A stretch of DNA of 64,000 nucleotides from Balanoglossus misakiensis (Eukaryota > Animalia > Hemichordata): positions 12,116,153 through 12,180,152 of the forward strand of contig CM082587.2 in NCBI GenBank assembly GCA_040954595.2. Direction: 5' to 3'. This document shows, piece by piece, positions 12,555-24,659 of this stretch; position 1 is the first letter of the stretch; each line of letters opens with the position of its first letter. The notes beneath the pieces were generated by a model. It was not told the DNA's origin, searched no databases, and saw nothing but the letters and a program-made list of their open reading frames with translations. Both the position numbers and the translations under genes were made by a program.

Positions 12555-13223
12555 GTAAGTATACAGCGCAGTCTCTTTTACCTTTTGTCTCTGATGCATT
12601 CAAATACTGCATGTTTCCTGAGCATAGGTGTAGCCATCACCACAGCAGAGCTTGGAGCGTTCTTGACATCGAATGCAAGATTACACTCTTCCCAATCAAA
12701 ATCACTTTCGTAGCGCATAATGTCTTGATTGTCTTAGTTCAAGAAACATTATGCGCGACTGGCCAATTTTACAGCCTTTTGTCAACGCACATCCACTATG
12801 GAAATTCTCACTCCAGGCCAGATAGTGTAAATTTGCATATGAGTCTACAGGTATGCTTGAAGTCAAGTCAAGCATTTGCAAGGAACCCTCCTCCAGTACA
12901 CAGGTCTTGGATTTCATGAAGGGAAGCCCTTGCCTCACAGTCACTGCCACATGATCTATGGAGGTGTGAACAACTTGATACCAGCCTAATATAAGTTGTA
13001 GGCACAATCACTCCACACACCCTTGCCATAATTCTGCAAGGTTTTTGCCATATCTGTACTGTAGAATGAGTAGCAAGGAATAAAATGGCGTCCTTTCTTA
13101 ATTTCCAGTGCAAAACCCCTGTGATCCCAACCCATGTATGAATGGTGGATTTTGCCAGCAAACATCGTGCAATTTCTATTCATGCCAGTGTGTGAACTCT
13201 TACACAGGTGACATCTGTCAAAC

Positions 13224-14875
13224 CATAGACCCTAGAGAAAGAAGGACGAGCAACTGCGGCAAAGATCAAAGGGTTTGGGGATTATCTGTATGATGATGTT
13301 CTTTTGCATATAATTAACACCCAGGACAGTTGGACAATGACTTCCTTACTTCGGCACGTGTCGACCCCACCAGTGATGCGAAAACTTGCCACCAAACTGA
13401 CACTCCTGCATTTCAGCAGCCACTGCGTTTTTTTCTAAAATTCTAAAAGTATTACGATGTCTGTGCTAATTATTATGGTCGTCTGTCGGATGAACGGTCA
13501 TTTCTAGTGCCACAAGCTTCATTTAAAAATTGTAAACAAATCATCCATGCCAAATTCCTGTTTAACTTGTGCAGATGTGTTCCATAAATGATTGCTGCGT
13601 TCAACCACGTTGCAGTTTTCTCGTCTTCTGCGAGATGTTCTAAGGTGTTTGTGATAACTTCACGCAAAACGCGAGACTTTGCGTTAGTTTATACACAGTT
13701 TATTTGCAAATTGGATTATTGGGATTTACCTGGAAATAATGTATGCAAAAGAACATCATTTCAAGAAAAAACTGGAGTTGCGCGTCCTTCTTGCATGTCC
13801 GACTGGGCACTCATATTTCTTGGTAACGCTGACACTTTTCGTAATAATTTTATGTTTGCGTGAAGCATTGAAACAAAAATTGTGGTTTAGGGGCATTTTA
13901 TTTCGCAGTGCGTGAACAATAAAACAGATTTCACGAAAACAATTTATAAACAAACTGGCTGGATTTTCATGTGTGCGCTATTGCCGCCAGGCAACCCTCG
14001 GTACGGTTAGCTCACAGCCTTGTGAAATACCCGGACTGTTAGACAAAAGATGCTTGTTTTGGACGCTGTCAGACTCAGAGGTGCCAAATTCCTGTTTAAC
14101 TTGTGCAGATGTGTTCCATAAATGATTGCTGCGTTCAACCACGTTGCAGTTTTGTCGTCTTCTGCGAGATATTCTAAGATGTTTGTGATAACTTCACGCA
14201 AAACGCGAGACTTTGCGTTAGTTTATACACAGTTTATTTGCAAATTGGATTATTGGGATTTACCTGGAAATAATGTATGCAAAAGAACATCATTTCAAGA
14301 AAAAACTGGAGTTGCGCGTCCTTCTTGCATGTCCGACTGGGCACTCATATTTCTTGGTAACGCTGACACTTTTCGTAATAATTTTATGTTTGCGTGAAGC
14401 ATTGAAACAAAAATTGTGGTTTAGGGGCATTTTATTTCGCAGTTCGTGAACAATAAAACAGATTTCACGAAAACAATTTGTAAACAAACTGGGTGGATTT
14501 TCATGTGTGCGCTATGACCGCCAGGCAACCCTCGGTACGGTTAGCTCACAGCCTTGTGAAATACCCGGACTGTTAGACAAAAGATGCTTGTTTTGGACGC
14601 TGTCAGACTCAGAGGGGCCAAATTCCTGTTTAACTTGTGCAGATGTGTTCCATAAATGATTGCTGCGTTCAACCACGTTGCAGTTTTCTCGTCTTCTGCG
14701 AGATGTTCTAAGGTGTTTGTGATAACTTCACGCAAAACGCGAGACTTTGCGTTAGTTTATACACAGTTTATTTGCAAATTGGATTATTGGGATTTACCTG
14801 GAAATAATGTATGCAAAAGAACATCATTTCAAGAAAAAACTGGAGTTGCGCGTCCTTCTTTCTCTAGGGTCCATG
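13224..14875. mobile_element. P-element-like non-autonomous DNA transposon inserted in an EGF exon (truncated copies at 39747-40280, 60672-60807)
   Basis: 25-bp TIR catagaccctagagaaagaaggacg / cgtccttctttctctagggtccatg (1 mismatch) and 7-bp TSD gtcaaac (13217-13223, 14876-14882). Confidence 0.85.
13549..14860 (+). repeat. 534-bp tandem repeat (~2.5 units) inside the P-like element
   Basis: gccaaattcctgtttaacttgtgcag at 13549, 14083 and 14617. Near-identical spurious ORFs recur with a 534-bp period. Confidence 0.95.
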
Positions 14876-17494
14876 GTCAAACAAGTGAGTATATACTTTC
14901 AAGACACCCTGCAAACAAACAAGCAATCTTTATTCCGTAGATCTTTAAGCATATTTATGCATTGTATATTTTGATGTGAAACTTCAAATTTTATTGGTCT
15001 TGTTGCCAAACTTCTGAAGAAATGAGGATATTGTTTTGAAGGGTATTTTATCAGTAGATAACAAATACCATGGCCCTCCATGCAAATACCCACATGGTAA
15101 ATTAAAACTGTTACAGGTGTATTTGATTTCCACATATGGATTACATGTGGGATAATATTGGGTGCTGGCAGTTTCAGTAAATGAACTGCTCTTAAAAGTT
15201 GGGTGTCAGGGCACCCTTGACTTCTTATTGTTCAGTTATACATTTAGGAGGCTCAGTTATAGGAGAACCCGATAGAACCACAGCTGTAGGAATTAGGGAA
15301 ATGGTCATACCCTAAAAAACTTATGTCACTACTATTTTTTTTCATGCCATTGAAACAGAACAAACTCCATGTAGGCCAAGTCCATGCCTGAACAATGGGC
15401 GGTGTACTCAGCTGTCTTGTACAACTTATGAGTGTACTTGTCCAGGATGTTTCACCGGCACACACTGCAGCCAGTGTAAAACTCATTAAAACAAACATGT
15501 GTCATGCAGGAACTAACATTTACAATCATGTCTCAATACATTGTCTGTTGGTCATACTTTATATTTTCATCTTCAGCATCACACCTTGGTCCTTGGGAAT
15601 CGGTCACCTCAAAAATGATGTACAGCTGAAAGAAAACATGTTTATTTGAAGAAAAAACTGTTGATCGTTCATGAAAATTTTCCCTACACAAGATACATAT
15701 ACAGAGATTTTCATAGCCCCATAAGTGCGTCCCAGAATGAGCAAGTTGTTTTTGGAAGTGAAGTTCCGTTCAGTATTTACAGTAATGGTAATGATGATGT
15801 TTTCATCAAACAGATTTTGAAAGTAAATATTGCTGAGATAACATTAGGTTGCACTTTTTATTGCAGTCCAAGATCCAGGCCAGCGAAACAGCTGTCTCAA
15901 CGGGGCTGTATGTAATGCAGTGGCCAACTCCTGCACGGCATATACCTGTGCCTGTACTGGTTGCTATGAGGGTAACCGTTGTGAAATATGTAAGTTTCTG
16001 ACGTACCGTACATGACAATCTTTTGGGCACTTTCTCTTCATGGCAATTGAATTGTGTGGTAACTTCTCATTTCTAAAATTTCCCCAAGAGAAAAGAAAGG
16101 AAAAGGAAACAGAAATTTCATTTGTATGTCCGTGCAATTTAGGATAGGCACGAACTTGTAAGGAAGTGTACGAAGCTGGATGTTTTCATCACTCAAATAT
16201 ACAAGAGTTGCCTCTTGAAGACTAGTGTCTGTAGAGATAATTGTGCATGTGAGGTAATCTCTCCTAAGGTGGTGCACACCTCTGAGTATTAAGTAAAAGA
16301 GACGTCCTTAATTATCCTTACTATTTGGCTTGAAAAATCAATCTTACTAGGTGTTCTGATTAGAGAGGTGTCCATAAAGACAGGTTTTACTGTATTACCC
16401 AAAATAGAGACATTGTCCCTTCATCATATACTTAATGCGTGTTCTGGGTATGGTTCCAGTATAATGCTTGTGTCAAAGGATTTTGTTGTGGTGCAGGAAT
16501 CATCTTTGGTTGAGGTGTAGCCATCTGCATTTCATGTTTTTTAAACTATTTTTTTTCTGATTGTCATTAACCCTTGTGATCAGAATCCGTGTCAAAATGG
16601 AGGCTATTGTTCCCAAACACCAAATTCTTATACTGACTACACCTGTTACTGCCAGTAGTGTTGGACTGGGGCCATCTGTGCTGTAGGTGTGTCGAATTAC
16701 TGTTTTATGACACAGCATGGTATATAAACCCTCATTTTTGGTATTCTCAATGTGATAGATGGACCCATACACCAATAAATGGGGTGGAAGCATTACTAAG
16801 TTTCATCCTTTCAAAATTTGCTGATGTAGGGTCAAAATTGAGTGTGAGGTGCATGTTAAAAAGGAAAGCCTTCTGTATCATGTTGATGGCACATTTTTTT
16901 AATTTTTCAAGATTCTTACAGAAAAATCCTAGCAATAGCATCATTATGTTATTTTAAATGTAAAGGTTTGAAACAAGGAATAAAGACATTGCTCACATAT
17001 TTAAACGAAATGAACATCACAAGTACATGTACAAGTTTTTGACAAGCAGGTAATTGATACTTTCATTTTTGTTTTGGCAGCCATTGATCAGTTATACCCT
17101 ATGCCTTGTCAAAATGGTGGCACATGCGTTGCGTGAGACGGCTGTTTCCTGTTTGACTGTATGTGTACCGAATGCTTCACTGGTGCCACATGTACAATGC
17201 GTAAGTACAAACCAATATTATTTTATTCAATGCAAAACACTTGTTATGTATTATATAATATAAGTACGGTACACATATTAAAGCCCTGGTAACTCAAACT
17301 TTGGGCTAGCTTAATGTTATCACTATTTTTGTTTTCGGTTGCAACTGTGGTTTCTTGTCACTCTCTAAAGGATTCACAGCATTTGGTTTTTCAAAACAGC
17401 CCTTTGGTTGTTGTCATGTATACATGTACATGACTGTGGAGTGTAGTTTGTAGATTCTGTAATTTTGACAATATCTTGACTGCACATCCCACAG

Positions 17495-17617
17495 CTGTCA
17501 ACCAGTGTCAACCCATCCAGTGTCGGAATGGTGGAAACTGTGTGCTGACGCCCAATTGGTGTACTGAATTCACATGCTCCTGTACAAGCTGTTACTCCGG
17601 CGATTTATGTCAGACAT
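17495..17617 (+). CDS. Open 8-Cys EGF-like exon AVNQCQPIQCRNGGNCVLTPNWCTEFTCSCTSCYSGDLCQT (copy at 63219-63341)
   Basis: cacag acceptor, gtgagt donor, 123 bp, all 8 Cys intact. Confidence 0.5.
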
Positions 17618-18700
17618 GTGAGTGATTTTAAATTTCAGATGAAGAGGAACATAATAACATAACACATAATCGGCTTGCAGTTGGTTTCTTCCAACCTGTA
17701 TCAAACAGTGAATAACGACACAATTTTGGGGAAATTTATTAAGAATGTGTGTGCCATAAAAGGGGATTGTGTATTTGACCAAACAACAACCTGCACCGTA
17801 TGGTACACTAAGACACTATTACACCTGTGTCAAAATTTCATTACGTTTCTTTTGTTGAACATGGAAGAAATTTGTCACAGTGATGTTCTGTTGACCAACT
17901 GAGATTTTTACCACTCAACCCTGACTGCACAAATCTGTTTAAAGTATATGTAGTAAATATTAACTGTACACAATTTATATCACTTTCTCTTCTGTGCACA
18001 GATTTGAATCCGTGTCAGCCCAACCCTTGTCTAAACAGTGGATTCTGCCAGCAAGTGTCCTGCACCGAGTTCAGATGCCAGAGTCCGCGCTGTTTCATCG
18101 GAACCACGTGCGCTGAACGTAAGCAAACCAGTGTCAGATTTGCCGCACAAAGTAGAAATCGCTGGGCTTTGTCATTGATATTGTCTCAATAAAGTTGCCT
18201 GTGATTGTGCAGCTAACCAAGAGACTTATATGCACTACGGTAGCCATGATGAATACTTTCATTGACTCAAATGCTCATCAGCGTAGATGTTGCTATTTTT
18301 CCAACCGTAAATTGAAACATCAGAAAGTTATGACATCAACTACCCCCACCCCCACCCCACCCACCCCCAACTAGTAAATATTATAAGATGCTGTAATTAT
18401 GATAGAGATGGTAGCACCAAGCTTGGATAAAGTGGTCTTTATTATCCTTCACACATGAACATGATCACACGGATGTGCAATCTTCTGACAGTCTGCTACA
18501 GATTTCACTTCCCACTCAAGTGTGTAAGACCCTAATGTGATACTTTTTATTTCTCTCACCCTTAGCGATCAACCAGTGTCTTCTAAACCCATGTCTGAAT
18601 AACGGAGTGTATCAGCCACTTCAAGGCTCCTGCTCAATCTACACCTGCAACTGTCCAACCTGCTACACTGGGCAAACATGTGTTACATGTAAGTCACAAG

Positions 18701-19077
18701 TTTTTAGGTCCCATTGGTATGTACCATGGGAACTTATGGGATTGGTTACGTCTGTATGTATGGATGGATGGATGGATGTATGTCTGTATGTCCGTCCACA
18801 TGAAAAACTTGAAAACCGCAGCGCGTATGATCTCGATATTTGGCGTGTAGATGCAGGCAGGGCTGTAGATGGGAGTTTGTTCAAATGAAGATGTCATTGC
18901 CCAAAATATGCAAATTAGCTGGGAAAATGTGAAATTGGTCAAAACTCAAAAACTGGACAACCACTGGTCATATTGATTTGAAAAATGGTATGCATGTACC
19001 TTATATCAACCTCATACAATCCTGTATGTTTTGAGCTAATATTATCGATTTCCTATTTTTTTTGCATTTTTTTGTAT
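18701..19077 (+). mobile_element. 5' part of a second HINE-like repeat (continues after 20370; end not defined)
   Basis: tttttaggtcccattggtatgtaccatgggaac stem followed by (GGAT)/(TGTA) microsatellite. Confidence 0.4.
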
Positions 19078-20369
19078 TTGGGGGCACAAGCGCCCTCAGG
19101 CGGCTTGTGCCCCCATTGTTATTGTTGGAATATTTCTTCTTTATTCTTCTTCTTCTTCTTCTTCTTCTTCTTCTTCCGAGAAATTCGGCCAGGTAGATCT
19201 GGAAAACCGCTGCACCTAGGGGGCTGAAACTTGGTAGGGTGATAGGGGCCAATGAGTAGACGTGCAGTGGCTCGTGAATATTTAATTAGTCACGTGACTT
19301 GGCGGCCATATTGGATTTCCTGAAAATCGTTAAACGAGTCCTTCTCAAAAACTACTGGGCCGATCGAGTTCAAATTTGGTGTGCAGGTAGCCTACCTTCT
19401 GTCCATCATTTTACCCCATTGAAATCATGACGTCACACATAAATTTTTTTTGCTACAATTGTTTTTCTGAAAAACTATTTAAAACTTTAAAAATCTTCTT
19501 CTCCAGAACCAGCGATTGCCGAGTCACGGGATTTGGGGCATGTGGTCACCTAACCTATGTCTATCAAGTTTGCGAAGCGCACTGTGATTGGTCGACCATT
19601 ATGGCGGCCATGTTGGATTTTCGGAAAACCATTGAAAAATGAAAATTCCGTTTTGTAGCCAAAATATTGACAGCACAGAACTTCTTTTTTTGGATATGAG
19701 TCATCATATGACCGGAAGTTGTCACAATTTTTCGGGGTAATTTTCACATGACCTTTGACCCAGTTTTAAAACAACTAATTATATATGCATATTCCCCATA
19801 CCTCCTCTTGTCAAAGCACCACAGTCATGAATTTTGTGGACATGGGTACTAATGCTGCCAGGACATGGCACAAATGTTTTGGTAATTTTGGCAATGACCC
19901 TTGACCTATTTCTGAAACATCATTTTTCTGCATATCTAATTCCAGGCTAACCAAGAGGGCTAGAGGTCTGGTTTTAGTTGGACATGGGCCACTCTGGGGT
20001 CAAAATTTTATGCCCAAATTTTGCGTGACCTTGGATGACCTTTGATCTACTTTCCCATAGCTCAGCATCCACAGCAGTTAGAGTCCTGGCTTTTGGGTGG
20101 CAGATGGAGCACATATGGAGTCTTACACAAGACCTCATTAATTATGCGCATACCTAATTCTAGACGAACCAATAGAGCCAGGGGTCTTGTTTTTGTTGGA
20201 CCTAGACTTGTATGGGGTCCAATATTTTTGCCCAAATTTGGGGTGACCTCAGGTGACCTTTGACCTACTTTCCCATATCTTGGTATCCACAGCAGATACA
20301 GCCTTGGCATTTGCTGGTTACAATGGGAACCGCTTGTGCCCCCCCAACGCTGCTTGCAGCTTTAATTTT
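19078..20369 (+). mobile_element. Helentron-associated (HINE/DINE-1-like) element
   Basis: 5' ggggcacaagcg...gcttgtgccccc stem, (TTC)n microsatellite, internal ~230-bp tandem units, 3' subterminal cgcttgtgcccc inverted to the 5' end, short palindrome gctgcttgcagc and T-rich end. Confidence 0.7.
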
Positions 20370-22479
20370 CCATGTTATTGGTAAAAGTCTTTGAAATTTA
20401 GTATGAAGCCTCCTAATGTTGTCTAAGTAACCATAGTTTTGTTCAAATTGTTGCAAAATTTGCATATCTATAATTTTGAGCATTATTTGCCATTTTTGGT
20501 CAAAAAATGTTTTTCTTTAAAACCTCATGCCAGATTGCTTTGCAATTTGGTAGGCATGTTCGTAGGGGTAACCTAAATAATATGTTGTAAAAAATGTGAT
20601 ATTTGCATAAATGTGTTATCGGGGAAACTTTTGCAATTTTTGTCAAAAATTGTTTTCACTGAAACCGCTTGTCCTATTGCATTGAACTTAGGCAGCATGT
20701 TCCTTGTAGTGATTGAAGTAAGATATTGTACAATTTTGGTGATATTTGCATATTTGTGTTTTTGCCACTTTTGAACAAATATTTTCTGTGAAACTGCTTG
20801 TTGGATTGCTTTGAAATTAGTTTTTTCTCTGATTGCTTTGAAATTTAGGATATAATTTCATAACACATACCTGTATATGTGCAACTTTTATTCAATTCTG
20901 AGATCAGAAAGATTAAATATTTAGCGAGTTTTTTTGGTAAGTTTCTTTGTTTTTGGTTAGCAAATCTTCTCCTAAACAAATTGTCCAGTTGTTTTTAAAG
21001 TTACTATTTACAAGGAGTTGTTACCTCGAACAAAGACATGTTTACATAACTTAAATAGGCCAGCTGTTACAGAGACCACCAGCTATCACATTTTAATTAC
21101 CAGTGGCAGGTCAGTGTGTGTCTGTTCCAGGGCTGACTGAAAGAAGTTGCTTCGCATATGTGTTTGTGTACAGACAATTTTTGGTCAATTTTTTTTTCTA
21201 GCACCACTTGTAAGACTGCCATGACACATGACAGTTTATTGGGCATGTTCCTTGTTAATGTTTTTACATTGCATATTTCTATATGGTCAGATCATATCTG
21301 CAGGCAAATGTCACCTGTAATTTTTATTCTGCTGTGTCACTGTTTCCGCATAATCCTCAAATGTCATCAGATCTCCGAATGTGATGAAAACAGTGTGTTT
21401 TGAGTGGGTTTTTTTAATGACCTTTTGGGTTAAAAGTGGCAAAAATGGCAATTTTGTCTTCAAAGGGGTCAATAAGACTGACTTTTTTGGAATCAGCACC
21501 ATTTTTTACATTGAATGGACTAGTTTGCTCAAACTTTCCTTACCAAAAATTCTGTTTAATCTTCTGTAACATGTATACTAGTGTACATGTAGCTGCCTGA
21601 TAGTTTGCCCTGTGTGTGTAATTGCTGAGTGACATAACGCATTCTGTGATTGATGCAGTCACGTAACCACCAATCGAACGATTGTTATAAGGAGAACTGC
21701 ACGACCTTTAACCGCATTAGCATACCTGATTTTTAGGGCTCGATATTACCTCTGAGGACGCAATATTTAAGTTGAAGTTTTTTTATTTTATCATATTAGA
21801 GCAAGAAGACTTGTCTTTTATGTAAAAAAAATAGACCCTAATATACAGAGTGCATTTTGAAACGATAGGCAGGTCCGGCCCATAGCCTAATTCTTCATTT
21901 TTCTGTCATGCGTAGGAATTGATTAGTGCTAACAACCCATGTCAAAATGGCAGCACTTGCCAACCCTAACCTCGTGTGTGGCATTGACGTGCACCTGCCA
22001 AGGATGCTTTACTGGGAGCGCTGTGAAAATTGTCAGTCAGTTTCTTTTGTCAAATTAATCAATATGTGTGGGACTGCTATACATGTATATAAAACAGAAT
22101 ACTGCGATGGAAAATTCTATAACTTAATGTTTCAGTGGATATATGACTTAAAGTTAGCAGTATGCAGTGAATTCAACAGAAAGTGTGAGCTCTGTGCGAC
22201 TGTGCCAATGAAAATCTCACCACAAACAAAAATGACAGGTATACACTGTATATTAGCAGCTTTGTCTCTGTAATAGCCATAGTGTTTTGAAGTTGAAAAC
22301 TTGCAAAGTGTGCAGTTTTATTCACACTACAAAGGAAACATTGTTGAAACGGATTATCTGTGTACATTGTCAAACTGTACACTTGTCGTGAGATTTATTC
22401 TCAATTATATTACTATATTATATCATGCTACCGTCCGCAACTCTGATTGGACGAGAGCTAAATCCAGCGATGCTAAAAT

Positions 22480-23345
22480 ACTCAATAATGCACTGCTGGC
22501 AGTGGTAAAACGGGCTTTCTGTTTGCCACATGGGTTTGTTCTTTAGGTTGTTGTGTGTGTTTACACCCATCATGTTTATTGTAGAACCAGGGTCGATCAG
22601 TGAGGCAACTGCTGTTTGTTCTATCTGCACTGTTACTCGAGGCCTCCTGCCATTTGATTGTTGTACAGTGAAGCAGTATTCATCTCCCGAGCTGTCTTCC
22701 ACTTTATGCACAGCTTTGACAGTTTTATCCTTGTCTACCCTATTTGCCTTGCCTTTTGAATGGTAGCATTTGGCTAAATGGTTAGGTTTGCCACACTTCC
22801 TGCATGACTTGCCTTTAGCTGGACATACTGAGTCATGTGGATAGGTGCCACCACAATAATAACAAGTGGACGGTCCTTTCGCTGGCTGCTGATGAGCTCT
22901 CTTTTGTTTATTTGGTTTAGAGCGTTGATGGCGCTGTTTTCTGACCGCATTCACAGATGCCGTATCTGCACCATTATTTTGGGTTTTCTCCTCAATCCCA
23001 CTAGCCTGAACCTCTGATACCTCAAATGAACAGGCTGTACTCAGTAGATTCTCTAGTGTCGTCTCCTCCCGAAGAGCACGATGTCTGAGACGGGCTGATG
23101 TGAATCCTCGTATGATTTGTGATTTGACCTCTTGATCCGGCTAGCTGATTCTCCATGTTCTCTGTCCTCGTCGCAAAATATAGAATCGTGGGTGGGCAAT
23201 AATGACAACACGAGACACCAAGTCCGGCATGTAAGAGTGAGAGTGCCTAGCCTCGTTCACGCACTTTATTCATAATGACCCGAATGTTTACGTCATTTTA
23301 CAGAATGTATAAAGTATAGATGCTCACCGGTGTTTGGACACTACA
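22480..23345 (-). mobile_element. gag: Truncated Mag-like Gypsy element (5' LTR 23179-23345, gag zinc knuckles, start of protease), internally deleted
   Basis: CYYCGGTYPHDSVCPAKGKSCRKCGKPNHLAKC double knuckle, SLIDPGSTIN protease-like motif, LTR ending ...actaca. Confidence 0.8.
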
Positions 23346-23959
23346 ATATACATGTGACTGCAGTGTCTTTCCAATCATGAATTTGCAAGGTGTCCTTCGG
23401 AGAAAATCTTCTGATTCTCTTTTCTGATTTGCTTTGCATATATGACTTAATGATCTCATTTGTTGGAATTCCCTGTCCCAAATTTTTGATGATCAGTCTC
23501 TGCCCCATTGCTCATCGTCCCAACTTTCTTGTGTATTGAAAACCAGGAATCAACCAATGCGATCCCAATCCGTGCTTGAACAGTGGTTTCTGCAAGATGA
23601 CATCTGGATCATGTGAACTGTACACATGTTTCTGTCAGAATTGTTTTCACTGGTGACCTTTGTGAACAAAGTAAGTTTTGATTTATTGTCTTGGGATAAT
23701 AATTTATACAGTTTAAAGTATCACCATTTCTTTCAATATGTAGATTTTTTGTTTTTCTCTACAAGTGTAATCAAGATCTGCATGAAAATTTGTGTCGCTG
23801 TCACCGAACCCATCTAGTCCATACAACCAACAGTATGAATCACCACCTCATGCTGGGCGTAGCCATAGGCTATACATGCCTGCCGGTATCGAAGGCCATT
23901 ATGAGTATTGGTACCAGACCCCTCTTGAGAATGAATCATGGTTCCACCCTTATGGTAAA

Positions 23960-24390
23960 AAGTAAGATTACTCCATGCTAATAAATGACAATATTAGAAT
24001 GAAAGTACATTCCAAGTGACTTGTTGGGAGTATCGGGCCACTTAATCCCGAAAAATTGCAATCAGCCTGATTTTCAGTTAACCAATCTAAAGCCCAACTT
24101 TTCGTGTATTTAGTTGGGTTTCTAAAACTAACAAATTTTTTGACTATATTTATGGCATGATGAACACTACTCTCATCAAATAAAATAATGTTGTGTCGTC
24201 CACAACTGGTGTAATTTTTATGTGTTTGGAATCGTAGACACCATTTATCTTTTAGTCAACTCTAAATCTAATATAACAGTCGCGAAAATTGCTATGACAA
24301 ACAAAAAATGAAGTGCTGACAGGGGACACCCTTGTCAGATCCCTTTGGATGGAGAACATTTAGAGAAGACATTGCCATTTTTCAAACATC
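23960..24390 (-). mobile_element. Decayed L1/Tx1-type reverse transcriptase fragment (copy 2: ~48100-48388 + 49237-49360)
   Basis: Minus-strand GI*QGCPLSALHFLFVI, VDDTTLF and KWPDxPNKSLGMYF motifs. Confidence 0.65.
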
Positions 24391-24659
24391 TAGTATGTGA
24401 TTATACATAGTTTTAACCCTAACGCTGCCAAGTCAGTTTGATATCCAGGGTGCCTAGAATCCTGGCTCCCAGGCCTGTTAGGCTGCCAAGGGCGTGTTAC
24501 GCAGTAGGGCCTATACAAGACCCTCAAACCAAACCAGAGCAAACCAGTACGATTTAGTACATTTAAGGGGGGTTTAGACTGCCAAGTGTGTCTAACATAT
24601 GAGAGCCATGGCAAGACAGTCAAAATACGTTTAGGAAGAAAAAATGGCAAATACATATT

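Larger units (their letters stand above)
11173..23670 (+). pseudogene. Array of 13 8-Cys EGF-like exons, copy 1: 11173-11302, 11533-11655, 12432-12554, 13109-13223(+14883-14884), 15359-15475, 15867-15989, 16564-16686, 17081-17200, 17495-17617, 18002-18118, 18566-18688, 21916-22031, 23547-23670
   Basis: Each is mostly 117-123 bp, AG/GT bounded (acceptor at 16563 mutated to TG), phase 1-1, NPCxNGGxC-type EGF. Stops (CY*GN, CQ*CW, VA*DG), frameshifts (130, 116 and 124 bp exons), Cys losses and a transposon inside one exon. Confidence 0.88.

Noticed and set aside
12314-12919. 201-aa ORF conserved in all three copies as a single-exon gene
   Set aside because: Only the 41-codon EGF exon is protein-like. 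The rest is intron read-through, and conservation reflects recent duplication.
13549-14860. Repeated 91-aa and 64-aa ORFs as a tandem gene family
   Set aside because: They arise from the 534-bp repeat inside a TIR element and show no protein motifs.
16230-16394. Tc1/pogo-type MITE end (gacaggttttactg-ta; similar start tacagtcaaacctg at ~2382)
   Set aside because: Only single ends are visible, too fragmentary to delimit.
11173-23670. Assignment as Notch, fibropellin or crumbs
   Set aside because: Extra cysteine pair and no LNR, ankyrin, CUB, avidin or LamG exons seen, so no gene symbol is justified.
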